A stretch of DNA of 64,000 bases, from the NCBI GenBank assembly GCA_965202585.1, contig OZ241828.1:39928001-39992000 (forward strand). Direction: 5' to 3'. The notes under the pieces were generated by a model that saw nothing but the letters and a program-made list of their open reading frames with translations, was not told the DNA's origin and ran no database searches. The position numbers and the translations under genes are program-made. The stretch comes from Thalia democratica (Eukaryota). This document shows positions 24,701 through 37,134 of the stretch, piece by piece (position 1 is the first letter of the stretch; every line of letters starts with the position of its first letter).

Positions 24701-27700
24701 TTTTAAATGTTTAAAAAAAAAATCGTTTCATTCGTCAGTAAATTTAGATGCTCTTAATTATTTTTGAGTAAGTAAGAAGATCGTAGTTAAAAACCAAAAC
24801 TGAAAAAAAAACAAGATGGTCATTTTCCCATAATATAACAAGTTTATACAAAAACAATGACTATTAAAGTTAGTCCACTGATGAAAAGTAAAAACAAATT
24901 TAGTGAAAAACTGTATGTATTTTTTGACATATGCTACGCAGACTCAAAAAGCTAAAATGTCCCACTTTTTTATGTGCTCTAGCACCACCAAATCTACGTC
25001 AAGTCTGAGGATGATTAAATCTAGAGTTTTGATTTTGATTTAAGTTTTTACAATATCTGTTATATTAAAGTTTTGTCTTTTAGTTCATTTTACGATTAAA
25101 GTACAACTACATAAAGACTTATGTTAATATATATTTTTCTTTTTACTAAAAAAAAAATTAAAATAACGTAAGCTCCATCAAGATAACAATGAAAAAAAAA
25201 ATTACTTATATTTAAATTAAGTGTTACTACGAGCAAATCCTCGTGACTTTTTTTAAATGTAAATGATGTTGTAAAAAAATGACTGTATCAAATTAAGTAC
25301 TAATTTAAGTCGTAACAAAAAAGGTTTGGATATTGTACAAACTTAAGTAAAATTTTTTAAGAAGATTTACTAGACTAGAATTAATAACTTCAGACTTGTT
25401 ATATTAATAAATAAATCTGTTTAAGTGGTTATATCTAAAAGTTAAGATTTTCGACTAAAGAAAACAAAGGTTTATAAGTTCGCTTAATGTTTTTTTTTTT
25501 TTCAATTATCTAAAATGGTCTGTGCAAGTTGTAGAACAACTTGTGCAAGTTTATAAAGTGTAAACTTACTGACTATAAAATAGTAATAGATTAGTCAGCA
25601 GCTAGTATCTAGACCAGGGTCTCCTGGACTTTTTTTTTTAGAGGCCTCCTTTAAGGAAATTAAAAAAGTTATAGCCCCCTCCAACAAGATTTTTCAAAAA
25701 ACTACCATTGATAACGCCTAAGAACTTTTTTTGCATTTTGTCAGCAACTCTACAATATTTTCAAGTTTCAAGTCGTGGACTTGTGGCTACCCCTTCTACA
25801 GCTTATGGCCCTCTAAGTTCCTAATTTTTTTTCATAATCTAGATTATAAGTTTCTAAACTACCACTAAAAACGCCGAAGAATTTTTTTTGCTCTTCATCA
25901 TTAAATCCAAAATATCTTGTGCAAATTTTGAATTATGACCTCATGGCTCCCCTGTGGCCCCTTTCATGTTCACGGCCCACCTTAGGCCCCCTGATTTTCA
26001 ATAATGGCCCTTTACTGCTCATAGACCCCTTAAGCCCATTGAATTTCTCTAATGGCCCCAATGTGGGCACTTGGCCTACTTTGGGAAACCCTGATCTAGA
26101 CTATAATGTAAAGATCTTTGTATCTGAAAGTTACATTTCTAACAGTGTAACTTTCAAAATTTACTTGCTTAAAATTATATTCTAGTTACGTAAGTGACAA
26201 ACGATATAACTAAAACATAATTATAACAGCAAAGTTTAAGAATTCAACAAAGCAAAATTAAAAAAAAAATACCAAAATAATCTAGTAAATCTTAAAAGTA
26301 AAATAAAAAAGTTCGATTTAAGCAGATTAAATATAAGGATATATAAAGCAAAATGTCAATATAAAGAAAACAGTTTGGAATTATAAAAAAGTTAAAATAA
26401 TTTTAATTTTTTAAAGTTTATTTTAGTCAAAACTATGTAAAAATCAAGTTTTAGTTAAAACAATTTAAAAATTAATTTTAAATTGATAACATTTTTGTTT
26501 AGATAGTTTGATATAAAAATAAATACTGATAAGAAATTAATCTTAAAAACAACAAATTTTTACTGATCGGGTTAGAAACGATCGGTTTAGATATGATCTG
26601 GTTAGAAATAATCAGAGTTTAAATAATCGGGTTATAAATAATCGGGTTAGAAATGATCGGGTTCAAATTGATCGTGTTAGAAATGATCGTGTTAGAAATG
26701 AACGGGTTAGAAATGATCAAGCTAAAAACGTTCGGGTTAGATATGATTGGGATAGAAATGATCGTGTTAGAAATGATAGTAAACCAACAATTTTTAGTTT
26801 TTAACATTCTCTACAGTCTAAATTTAACTAACCAATTGAAAATAACATCTTTAAACTGATGTATGAAGTGTCATCTTTTTAGATTGGAACTTTTAGCCTC
26901 AAACTATGGTTTTTAAATTTAAAAAATGCACATTTAGACAGACTGAAAAATAATAAGAATAAATCAGCGTACTCTGGCATATTTGTTTATAAATAAATAG
27001 CTATAAAATTTAATTACTTTGATCGGTTTTTAGTTTGCCAGTTTCTTATAAACAACAAAATACCTGTTAATTCTTATATCCAAAAGTGTACCCCAGCTTA
27101 AAATCTTGCAAAACATCTAACGTGTTTTTATTAAAAAAGTACAAAAAGTTAGCAACATTTCACCAGACCTGAAATGTTTTTGCCATCTAATAATAAGCAC
27201 TGTACTGTTTTGTTATTCAACAACAGCTTTGGCACAATCTACGGCCATTTTTCTCTTATTAGAAATTTTGGTCATGTACTTAAATCTGCTTGATTAGAAC
27301 TAAAATTTCGCTGCCCGATGAGTAAATAAATAAAGTAAGTACGAAACTAGTCGTAGATTTTCTCGGAAATTTTCGTTGTTGGCGGTGCAATCGTGTACTT
27401 AAAAAATTGTGATCAAAATAATGCAATCCGTGAGCGTAAGAAAGCTATATTTTCTTGGCTGTTGATAATTACTTTTGACAAAAAGTTTACTTCGAGCTTT
27501 TGATTTTTTTTCGATTATCTTAGTGATTATTATTTTTACTCTCATATTTATTTTGTTGTTTAAATGAGTTATTTTATAGAGTATCACTAACCTGACAAAA
27601 GATCCAGATCTGATAAAAAAAGCTTTTAACAGTTTGTTGATGAAAGTGTATGGAAAGCTATCTGCTTCAAGAGAGAAACAAGAACAAAGTATTCTCACAT

Positions 27701-27702
27701 AA
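21756..27702 (+). CDS. IFT22: Intraflagellar transport protein 22 (RABL5), Rab-like small GTPase, 186 aa
   Basis: Exons 21756-21854, 22159-22324, 23481-23653 and 27580-27702; all introns are GT-AG and phase-consistent. The protein has a P-loop (GPTKSGKS), YRPTAGVRILEFE, ELWDCGG and C-terminal SREKQEQSILT, matching the IFT22 family (human ends in SRDREEMSIMT). Confidence 0.92.
24296..24990. mobile_element. MITE nested in the foldback element, TIRs of about 35 bp
   Basis: GGTGCTAGAGCCCATAGAAAAGGGGGGACATTTT at 24301 versus AAAATGTCCCACTTTTTTATGTGCTCTAGCACC ending at about 24986. The TSD was not resolved. Confidence 0.6.
25615..26093. mobile_element. hAT (Charlie-type) MITE nested in the foldback element
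   Basis: Exact 8-bp TSD ATCTAGAC (25607-25614 and 26094-26101). TIRs CAGGGTCTCC / GGAAACCCTG. The TSD fits the NTCTAGAN preference known for Charlie-type hATs. Confidence 0.85.
27311..27356 (+). ncRNA. Minimal type-I hammerhead ribozyme-like motif with one core mismatch
   Basis: CTGC-CCGATGA-GTA(loop)TAC-GAAA-C-TA-GTC-GTAG. Stem I is CTGC/GTAG, stem II is GTA/TAC, and the short stem III contains the palindrome ACTAGT. The core reads CCGAUGA instead of CUGANGA. Confidence 0.55.
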
Positions 27703-28253
27703 ATAAGACTTAAATATTTTTAAATAAAAAATAGTTATAAATATTTTTTTCAAGTAATTGCATGAATTTTACAACTTATACAATTTAATTTATAGGTTTG
27801 CATTTATTTAAATGTTTATCTTTTATTTCTACTGTTAAACTACAATTGTAACTGAATTTGATTCATTTCAATCTCAAAATTATTTATGTAATTGTAAATA
27901 CTTTGTTTTGACTTCAAAAAATATATCTTTTATTTTTAAATATTTAGCGTTTAAAATGTACGAAATAAAGTGCTCTAATGTTTTTTATAGTAAAATCGGC
28001 TGTAAAGTATTTTTAATATTCTTAAAACTTTTCGCAAAATTTTATTTCTATCTTTGAATTAATATTACAAACTGTTGCAAGATCAACGAAGTTAAGTATT
28101 AGTAGTTTGATATACTTTATCACCATTAATAAACGGTTCATTAAGTATTTCCATATAAATCAGTTTTCTAAACTATATCAAAACACTACTATCATCTTAT
28201 TTTATTCATATATTATCATCTACATAATAATACTCAAACTACATATTTTAGAT

Positions 28254-28599
28254 CAGTGGGAATTTATTTTAGGGTACACACAACTTATTTTTGAGTGCCT
28301 TAACCGTAACTTGAAAAATTATCTTAAATTTAAAAACACATACCAGATATTCTAGAGTTGATGATAAAGAAAAAAAAGAACTAAGCGGTTTTTATGGTAG
28401 TTTTTTGAAAAATCTTGTTGGAGGGGCCAAAGCTTTTTAATTTGTTTAATGGGGGCCTTTTTGAAAAAAGTTTGTGAAACGTTGTACTAGATATTACGGC
28501 AAACTTTAAACTTATACTAGATATGCGCACATTGGTGTACACAGAGTTTTAGTTTTGCCATTCAGGGTGAACATATTTTGATTAGCTTGAAGACCACTG
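28254..28599. mobile_element. Degenerate hAT-type MITE
   Basis: Termini CAGTGG...CCACTG. Candidate 8-bp TSD TTTTAGAT / ATATAGAT (6 of 8). Internal GGGGCC/GGGGGCC motifs. Confidence 0.45.
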
Positions 28600-31500
28600 A
28601 TATAGATAACGACTTTACGTTTTTAAAAATAAATTAATTAACTTCAAACGTCAAGTTTAAAAATTTAGTGACTCAAGAAAAACTAAAATAAATTAGTAAA
28701 AAAAGATTAACAACAATTACTAATGAACAAAGAAATATCTAAACATTAAAAAGTGAAATTATTTATAAAAAGAATGTGATGTAACTATATGAAATAAAGC
28801 ATCTTATTAGTACTTATCTGAAATAAGTTTTAAAACATCCTCATTTTATTACTTATAGTTAAAATATGAAGATTATAATAACGATTCGTTGTTTAAACAT
28901 TGGGTTAATTTTTTGTTTCTTATATTATCTAAGTCAAATGTCATGAACACTTTAGTTTAGCCTTAATTATTAAGTTTTTATTTTGTACCATAAAAATTGA
29001 TATTTAACAAACAACTGTTGCACATCTTTTTAATTCATTTCTATAGCACTTATCCACATACTATATTTGTAAATGACAATTTTTTATCAGAATTCTAGAA
29101 ACTTAATTGTTTTTAAGTGTATCGAATATTTTTGTTTTTTACCAAAGATATGTCTAAACTTTAGCAGTAATACTTTCAGGTAGCTGTTTTTTAACTTCGA
29201 GCAATTTAAACACAGCGTTATGGGCTAAAAAAGTGCATAGCAAAAGGTTACTATAAATAAAGTTAATATGAAAGTAAACTGTGGTGATAGCTTTGTGGTT
29301 ACATTGATGTATCCTAAAACTTGCACACATTAAAACTTCTTTTTTAACATTAATTTATAAAACTAAAGCAGCCCGCTAGAGTTTATGTCGAAAAACTTCT
29401 GTTCGTTATACACAATAAGTAGCTAAATCTGGTCAATTGACTAATTAAGTTTACCAACCTCATTAAGGAACATTAAAAAATTTAATAGTAAAATATTATA
29501 AAAGTTTAGAACATAACTAGAAAAAGTATAAAAATAATCGTTGGTGGGATATCAAAAAAAAATATGTTAATTAATGAAAATGCTTTTATTGATCTATTAA
29601 GAAATTTATGCCAATAAAGTGCAAGTTAACAGTGTCTATTTAGAATTTTTAATTGGCAATGACAAAAGATTTACAAACATTTATACATCTACAAAATATG
29701 TACTGTATATCAATTATAATATGTAAAATAATTTATCAATTTGAATGCATGATCGTTTTACTTATAATTTTTCAGAATACTTTTTATTACTTGTTTTTGC
29801 TTTTTTTTGATAATATAAACGTTCCTTGTACAAAAAAAACTAACTTATGCTTTCTTAGATTAGCTTGACTTAATTTTGAAATCAAATTCCGGGAACATAT
29901 CCATTTTTTTCAAATCGCAGTCTGGATCTCAGCAAAAAAAAAACAGATCTGATAATCACTAGTCAATACAAAAACAAAATCGAGTAATTATTTTATTAAT
30001 AATTTTTTTCGTAATAAAATTATTCTGTCAGATTTTAATAGATCTGAATGAACAATTTGTATAAGAAGTAGTAAAATTTTATGTTTTAATAGTGTTAGCA
30101 ATAGGTTTTTAAACATGATAAAAAACTTAAATCTTAAAAACATGGTTAAAGTCTAGGATGTATAGAAAGACTTATTGGTCATCGAGCTACACACAACTTC
30201 AGTGCAAAAGTTTGTAAGTAAACAAAGATTATTTTTATATTGAAAAACTAAAGTTTAAAAAGAAACGAGGGGAACAAAACTTAAAATTAGATTAAAACAT
30301 ATGGTGTTTTTCAATTTAGATTAACTTAGAATAAAAAAATAAGTAAGAAAAATGGCTAAAAAAAAATTAAGTTTGAAAAGTGTAATAAATTTAGGTGTAA
30401 TTACCTTGCATATATTCAAAAATAATTATTTAAGTTGTAAAAGTTACTACATACATGCTTTATAAAGAAAATGTATTTTTTTACCAATTTATATAATATT
30501 AATTAAGAATTTCAGATTAAGAGTTTTATTCAACACAGTGTTTCATGCAAACGCACTGATCACGATTTAAAAACTCTATAAAGTAAGATAGCCAAAGCCA
30601 TATATACTTCTATTAGATGCTATTATTCAACACTAATCAACACTAATTATATTCTTATTACAACTGATAAAATTAAATGAGCTTGCTAAATCGACAAAAA
30701 GATTCCAAAATGCTTAACAGCCAACCTTTTGGATAAGTACAAAATAGCTAAATAAATAAATAAGTAACTAGAAAACACAAACACAACAATAATACAATAA
30801 AAAAAAATTAAGTAAAAAAAACAAAAAATAAAATAAAAGTACAAGCACAATTGTAATACACTTATAAAATTTGTAAATACGGACATGACAATGTTATGAT
30901 TTCAAATAAATTAAGCGAAGTGTCTGCATTTGCCAATTAATTAATTTTTTATTTATATAACATACATATAAGAAATAAAAAAAAACAGTTAATAGTGTTT
31001 TTAAATAACTTATCTATTAACTTATAACTAGACTTTTACTTTTAAAACATAGAATAATTCGTATAATTCATATTTTCCTAATCAAAATTTAATTATTTAT
31101 TCGTAATTAAAGCGTCGATAGTTATAAATTTAGCAAATATTTGAAATTGTATAAGCTTTAGATAATTTACATAAGGATCTTTTTATCACAATCTTTTAAA
31201 AGCACATACTTGTGCGTAACAAGTATTTGTAAAAACTTATAGAATTTGTATTTTATATACGATTAAAGGTATTACACAAATTAAAAAAAAATTACTTGTT
31301 TTATTTTTAAGTTTAATGATTTGTTTTTTTTTTTTTATGATTTAACACTTAATTGCAGATCTTAACTCATAAAAAGCAATATACAAGTACTTCTTTTGCA
31401 CTATAAAACTAAATAAGATAAGAAAAAACCCTCTAAAAAAAACTAAGTTTTTGTTTGGAAAAGAGTATAAAGTATGCATAACTTCAAACTAAGCTTAGTT

Positions 31501-33729
31501 AACTTTATTAGTAACATTAATATTAGTACACATCTACAAGTTAATGTTGTCAGACTTGTTTTTCAATCAAGTACACGGCAATTGGAAAGTTGAAGTTTTT
31601 GTAAGTATTAAGTAATATTAGTTTAAAAACATAGTGGTTCATAAGTTAAAAAATATACTGTTTAAAAGAAATCGTTTTACAATTGTGTTTCGATTATATT
31701 TTTATTGAAGCTGGAAACAAATTGGAGTTACTAGTATTTATTACTACAACTTACTAGCAGTAGGTATGATAATGTTGTTCGAGTCAGATATGGTTAATAA
31801 TGTGTGTCTGTTATAAATGATAAACCTATGTTTATTTAACTTTTATGCCAATTAACCAATATTATACGTTAGATATTGTTTTTTTTTTTATGAGCATTTT
31901 TAGATTAAAGTATTTAGAATTATACTATCTCTACCGTACACAGTGTACAGATAAATTATCAGAGTAGTAAAAAAACTATGTTAGGTATTCATCCTGTGTT
32001 TTCAAAAATTAAAGTTTATTTTTCTAAATTTTGAATAAATTAAAATGTACATTCTATACTTTAAAGAAAAACAAGTCATAATATAAGTAGACTTTGAAAA
32101 AATAAGTTCTAGCGTACTAAAGTTATTATTAACGGTTTACGGTTGGTAGTTTTAAATATATCTATAAAACATAACTAAGTACACTAGAAAATTTCTATAG
32201 TTTATTTTATAAGTTATTACAATCAATAATTTTTATTTTAAACAAGTTTTTATGTAAAACAATATCTTGACTCGAAGTAAGCAAAATACTGTGCTTTAAA
32301 ACATAGACCGGGAATTTTTTTTATGAATAAAGTTTTGAATTTTCTGTAAAAGTTGCTTAAGAACTACAGATATTAAGTTCAATTGTATTGATCAAAAAAA
32401 TACTATTTTAAACTAAAAAAATTTATAGAATATAATAAAATAAAACGCTTGTATCATAATAGTAATACTTTGTTCTAAAACCCTTTCTTTTTGTTTCCTT
32501 AAAAAAGACGCTTTTTAAACTTAAAAATTTTTAAAGGGCTACTGTTTGAAATCCCTGCTTAAAAGGAGCATCTGTTTCTGATTAATACTTTAGTTAATAA
32601 CTATTTTACTGTGTTTTTAATTATAAATAATGTATTAGTTTAAATTTTTGTAATCAAAGGTGATTGTTTTTTTTTCTTTTATAGCAGTTTAGTTATTAAC
32701 TAACTTTATATTTCTTTGAACATATTTTTAAAACAATAAGACAGTCTGAAAAACGTTTTTAATTTACAACAAGCCGTTGCTTATAAAGTCTGTCGAACCC
32801 TTGATTTGATAAACATCTAGTATAAATTTTATACTGTTTATAATATGACGTTTATTGACGCAAGCCTTCAAACTCACTTCTTATTCGACTAAATCCTTAA
32901 ACCGTTTGTCAACAAATACGAGAATTAAACTTATTTTGTGTTTAAAGCTTATTCTTAAATTCAATTTGTACGTATTTGTGAACCTTAAAGTGTACTTAAA
33001 AACAAAGTGTAAGTTTAACAGCTTTTGTTATGCAAGACAAACTAATATTTACTTGGATATAAAATTTTACGGTCTTAGTTAAGAATATCAAATTAAAATG
33101 TAAATGGTATTGCAAATATATCATATCTAAAGTTGATAGAAATTATATGAAAGGTTTTTGTTTTTTAAATCTAAACAAAAATAACATAAGCCTTCAAAAA
33201 TTAAAAATTTAAGAGTTTAAACACTTTAAGAACAAAAGTTTTTAAATGAGCCTAATTTTTATAAGAAAAAAGAAAAACTTTATTTTATTAAACAATGCAA
33301 CTAATTATCAACTGCTTAAAGCTTAATAAGAAAAAACACTCATCTTAAAACTTCTTAATATTTATAAATTTTTAACCACGTAATTCTAATATCAATTTTA
33401 AATAAATAAAATAAAATATGTTTAAATACTTTCCTAATTGAGCATTTGCCGTACAACAGTTTTTCAAAAGAGGAAAGAACAGTAATTAAATCAATATTTA
33501 CAAACGTAAGTTCAAAACATGAGTATTTTAAGTACAAACTATAACAATGAAATAATATTATAATATTCAGAGCAGCCTGAATGTTTTAACTAGCTTGTGT
33601 TTTGTAAAAAACTTGTTTAGAACATTCTAAAATCCATTGAAGTTAAAAGTTTGCGATTACAACAAGTAAATAAGTAAAAGAAAGTATAGTAGTATTTGTA
33701 CGTTAGCTTTTAGAGTATATATCTCACAA

Positions 33730-33840
33730 TGTCCTGGTCAAGACGTTAAACGGTATCCAAGTGGTGTGCGACTTGATACCAAAAGGTTTTTTGTGCACCA
33801 GGTCCTAGAACAAATCTTATGAGCGTTTTTTGTCGTTTAA
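33730..33840 (+). repeat. Dispersed SINE-like repeat, copy B
   Basis: AGACGTTAAACGGTATCCAAGTGGTGTGCGACTTGATACCAAAAGGTTTTTTGTGCACCAGGTCCTAG matches copies A and C. Confidence 0.7.
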
Positions 33841-36093
33841 AAAACTATAACAAGTTTAAAAGTTTTGTTAGTAAATATTAATAAAAGAACTAATATTTTA
33901 GCTTTGTAAAAAAAGTTATAATCTTTTAAAAAGATTAAAATTGAAAGTCCTTTAATAACATTATTTTACTATAAATTGTAATTAATCATATAAATTGTCC
34001 TTATTATGAATTATAAAACACAAAAAATGAAGTACAATCTTTTATGTGTAACTACTATCAATATTAGAAAAACATAGGCAAAAAACGTTTTTTAACTTTA
34101 GTTTTTATATGACTTTTAAACTAACTATGTTCTCTTTTAATTTTTGGACGTTTAATTTAGTAGTTAAAACAATCTTATTTTAGCTTGTTTTCTTAAATTT
34201 ATTGACTTAATTCTTTAGATTATTTAGTTAAAACCGAACCTCAAAACTTAAACTTTATAAAAACTAGTAAAAACGATAATTTTTAAGTAACGTTTTTTAT
34301 ATTTTTTCTAAATTAAAAAAATATATATATTATTTTATTGCAATTATACAACAATTCAAACAATTTTAATAGATTTTATTATAAAAATAAACTATATCAA
34401 AAAGTTATTGAAAGTTATCCACAGTCTATTATGACAGAAAAAACGTTTGACTAAGCATATAAACTGTTGTTTTTAATCTGTGTTACATGTAAATTCATTT
34501 TACGCTAAAATTTCTTTAAATATACATAGAGAAATATTGAGAAGTTACTTTAATTGCAAAAAGAATAAGTGTCACATGACAAGTCAATTTCAAATAACTA
34601 AAGTTCTTAAAAAAAAGTATTTAAGGGACATTATCTCAAAAACAAACTTGAAAGTAAAGTAACCAATATTCTAATTAATAAAATTGTGGTTGTAAAAAAA
34701 CATCTGTTATTAACAAAAAACCTTTTTGACCATACCAGTTCGACCACCAGACCAAAGGCTTTTGCTAAACCGAGACTCGGATTTCGTTTTTATTGAAACT
34801 TTTCAGTCCGTCGTGACCGAAAAAAGTTGCAAACCATTTATTATACATAACCATGAAGCAACCTTTGTTGGTATTATCAACGACGTCAGCATTGTCTAGT
34901 TACCGTGCAACGTTTATTACATTGTCCACTTGATAAACACGTATTCAAAAAGTTGATACATATATATATATAAAACTTCACAAAAACTAGACTTATGAGA
35001 ATTAAAAATGGCGGAATTTTAATTTTCAGCATTTTAATAGTTGTGCCCTCATGTATAAGCAAGTTATATTTGGCTGTCCATTTATACTCCATACTCCATT
35101 TATACTCTATTTTGTTATTTATATAGTTAATACTCAACACAATTATATTAAACATTTTTTTTATTGTACGAGCTCTAGAAAAGAAAGCAAATTAAACTGA
35201 TTTTTACAAATATTAGTAACCAAAAAAAATTAACTGGTTTAATTGTGATAAATCTTTGTTTTCAAATACATCAAAGTTTAATATAAAAAGAGCACATTTA
35301 TAAATTTGGCAGTATATAATTCAACCAACAAAATGTTTTGTTTTACATTTTAGTTGAAGACTTGAATGCTATGTATAATGAATATAACATGTGTAGTGTA
35401 TACATAAGTTTATTTCTTTTAATTAATGACTACTTTTTTAATTGTAGTGAAACTCTCTTTAGCTTATCAATGCTTTTAACTTTAGTTCCACTTGAAGCAA
35501 ATTCTTTATCTATTAGTACTTAAGTGAATAATTTTTTTTTAATTCTTAAATACTTTTTGCATTTATTGTTCGCAAAATATAAATTTAGGTCAAATATAAA
35601 GTGAAAAACCTAAACTTAATAAACTGTGGATTAAGGATAAAATTGTTGTGTAAAAAGTTGAAAAATTGTACATTATCATTTAAACTAATATAACATAGAT
35701 AAATTATTATTTTCATAATTTTAGTACAAGAGTATTGTATGTCAATAAAAACTAACGCAATTAACATGTCAATAAAAAGTTAATAGTCTAGCTTGATAAA
35801 TACAAGTTTAAAGTTTTATTTTAACTTAATAATGTCATATAACTACTTAAAGGCATTGTTAGTTTTGTTAAAAAGTTTCTATCATTTTATTCCCTGTTAA
35901 AAAATAGTTTTAATATATACTATTGTGAAGAAGTTGTACAACTTTTGCAAGAGTTTACGAACTAATAAAACTGATTTTAAGACACTAAAATAACTATTTT
36001 GATAATGCTATGCAGTTTAAAAAAATAAAAAAAACACATTTATAAAATAAAACTCATATACACCTAAATTTAATTAAAAGTAAATAAAAAGTT

Positions 36094-37134
36094 TCAAGTA
36101 ACAAAAACATTTTCATCCCTTCTACTTCTTTGTAGTGCTGTAAAAGAAACGACTCTGCTAAGTTTTCTTTTGTTTTTTCTACAACAAAAACTGTGGGTAT
36201 GACACAAAGCTAATAGAATGTTTGTGCTTTTTTCATAAGAAAGCATTACCGATGACACATCAAGCAACAACGTAAAATTACGAAAGATAATGATACTGTG
36301 AAGGTTTTTGAACAAATAAAAATGCACGAGCGCAATGAACGTGAGTTCAGTGACGACACAAATTGCTGCGTTAACAAAAGCCATTTTGGTCAGTTTAACA
36401 ACTCTTGGTACAACATTTTGGTTACCAATCGTGGGTAACGCAACCTTATCGCAAGTTTTGTTATTGCTGTCACGAGCGTGGACTATAAGTGGATAGCAAA
36501 AAAGAACTGCAAGGACTATTTGCACCACCACCTTACTTACTGTCGGTAGCAAATACCTTATTTTGAACAAAATAGTGTTTCGGTCAACATCCTTACAGCC
36601 ATCGTGACCAAACTTAAACCTTGCTGTGAAATACAGGGTGCAGCTGACAACGCCTTCAAGGAAAATAAAAATTAAAAGGGACTTGCTGACCCACCTGACA
36701 AAACCGTTCTTCAACCGACAAAAGTAAGGCTGCGTGTAAAGAAACCTTTGCTTGTTCCAAAGAAAAAGATCGACTTGCCACATCACTATTCGGTACGTAA
36801 AAACGTGAAGCGGGTACCACAACCTGCAATAGTAGTCTAGCTTTGATGCGTCTGCTACTCCGCTGAAGTACTCGAAAAACTGCAAAATAACCAATCGAAC
36901 CAGTAGTGCTGCCGGGCCGGTTATTGCGAAAGTTATGAGTAGCAAAGACTTCTTGTTTTTTCTGAAATGTCCTTGAACAATTCCAAAACGTAAAAATGAA
37001 AGAAAAACAAACGAAGTGAGCACTACTAAAGTACTGCTTATGATGTATGTCTTCAGGTCTCTATTGCTAGTCATGGTTTTGAGTTTCTCTTTTTTAGTAT
37101 GATTGTAAATTAAAGTTTCGTATGGAGGGTTCAT
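36094..37134 (-). CDS. Intronless orphan 7-transmembrane (GPCR-like) protein, 346 aa
   Basis: Uninterrupted 346-codon ORF with about seven hydrophobic segments. Cys residues at the start of the third helix and in the following extracellular loop could form a disulfide. The C-terminal tail has CC followed by basic residues. No DRY or NPxxY motifs, so the family is not assigned. Confidence 0.75.
   Translation of the reverse strand: MNPPYETLIYNHTKKEKLKTMTSNRDLKTYIISSTLVVLTSFVFLSFLRFGIVQGHFRKNKKSLLLITFAITGPAALLVRLVILQFFEYFSGVADASKLDYYCRLWYPLHVFTYRIVMWQVDLFLWNKQRFLYTQPYFCRLKNGFVRWVSKSLLIFIFLEGVVSCTLYFTARFKFGHDGCKDVDRNTILFKIRYLLPTVSKVVVQIVLAVLFCYPLIVHARDSNNKTCDKVALPTIGNQNVVPRVVKLTKMAFVNAAICVVTELTFIALVHFYLFKNLHSIIIFRNFTLLLDVSSVMLSYEKSTNILLALCHTHSFCCRKNKRKLSRVVSFTALQRSRRDENVFVT

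Larger units (their letters stand above)
23682..26785. mobile_element. Mutator-like foldback element in IFT22 intron 3 with inverted 15-bp arrays (TCTAACCCGATCATT-type)
   Basis: Array at about 23695-23855 and its inverted counterpart at about 26565-26780. Termini GGGAGCC...AGTAAACC. Candidate 9-bp TSD AACAACATT / AACAATTTT (7 of 9 identical). Confidence 0.75.

Noticed and set aside
26619-26859. Repetitive ORFs (ISNPII / MIGLE)
   Set aside because: They are translations of the right-hand 15-bp array of the intron 3 foldback element.
27399-27698. 99-aa minus-strand ORF
   Set aside because: It overlaps IFT22 exon 4 and its intron antisense and has no motifs.
28107-35767. Numerous 60-90 aa ORFs rich in I, F, L, K, Y and N
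   Set aside because: Their composition mirrors AT-rich non-coding DNA, several start at TTG or GTG, and I found no motifs or consistent splice structure.
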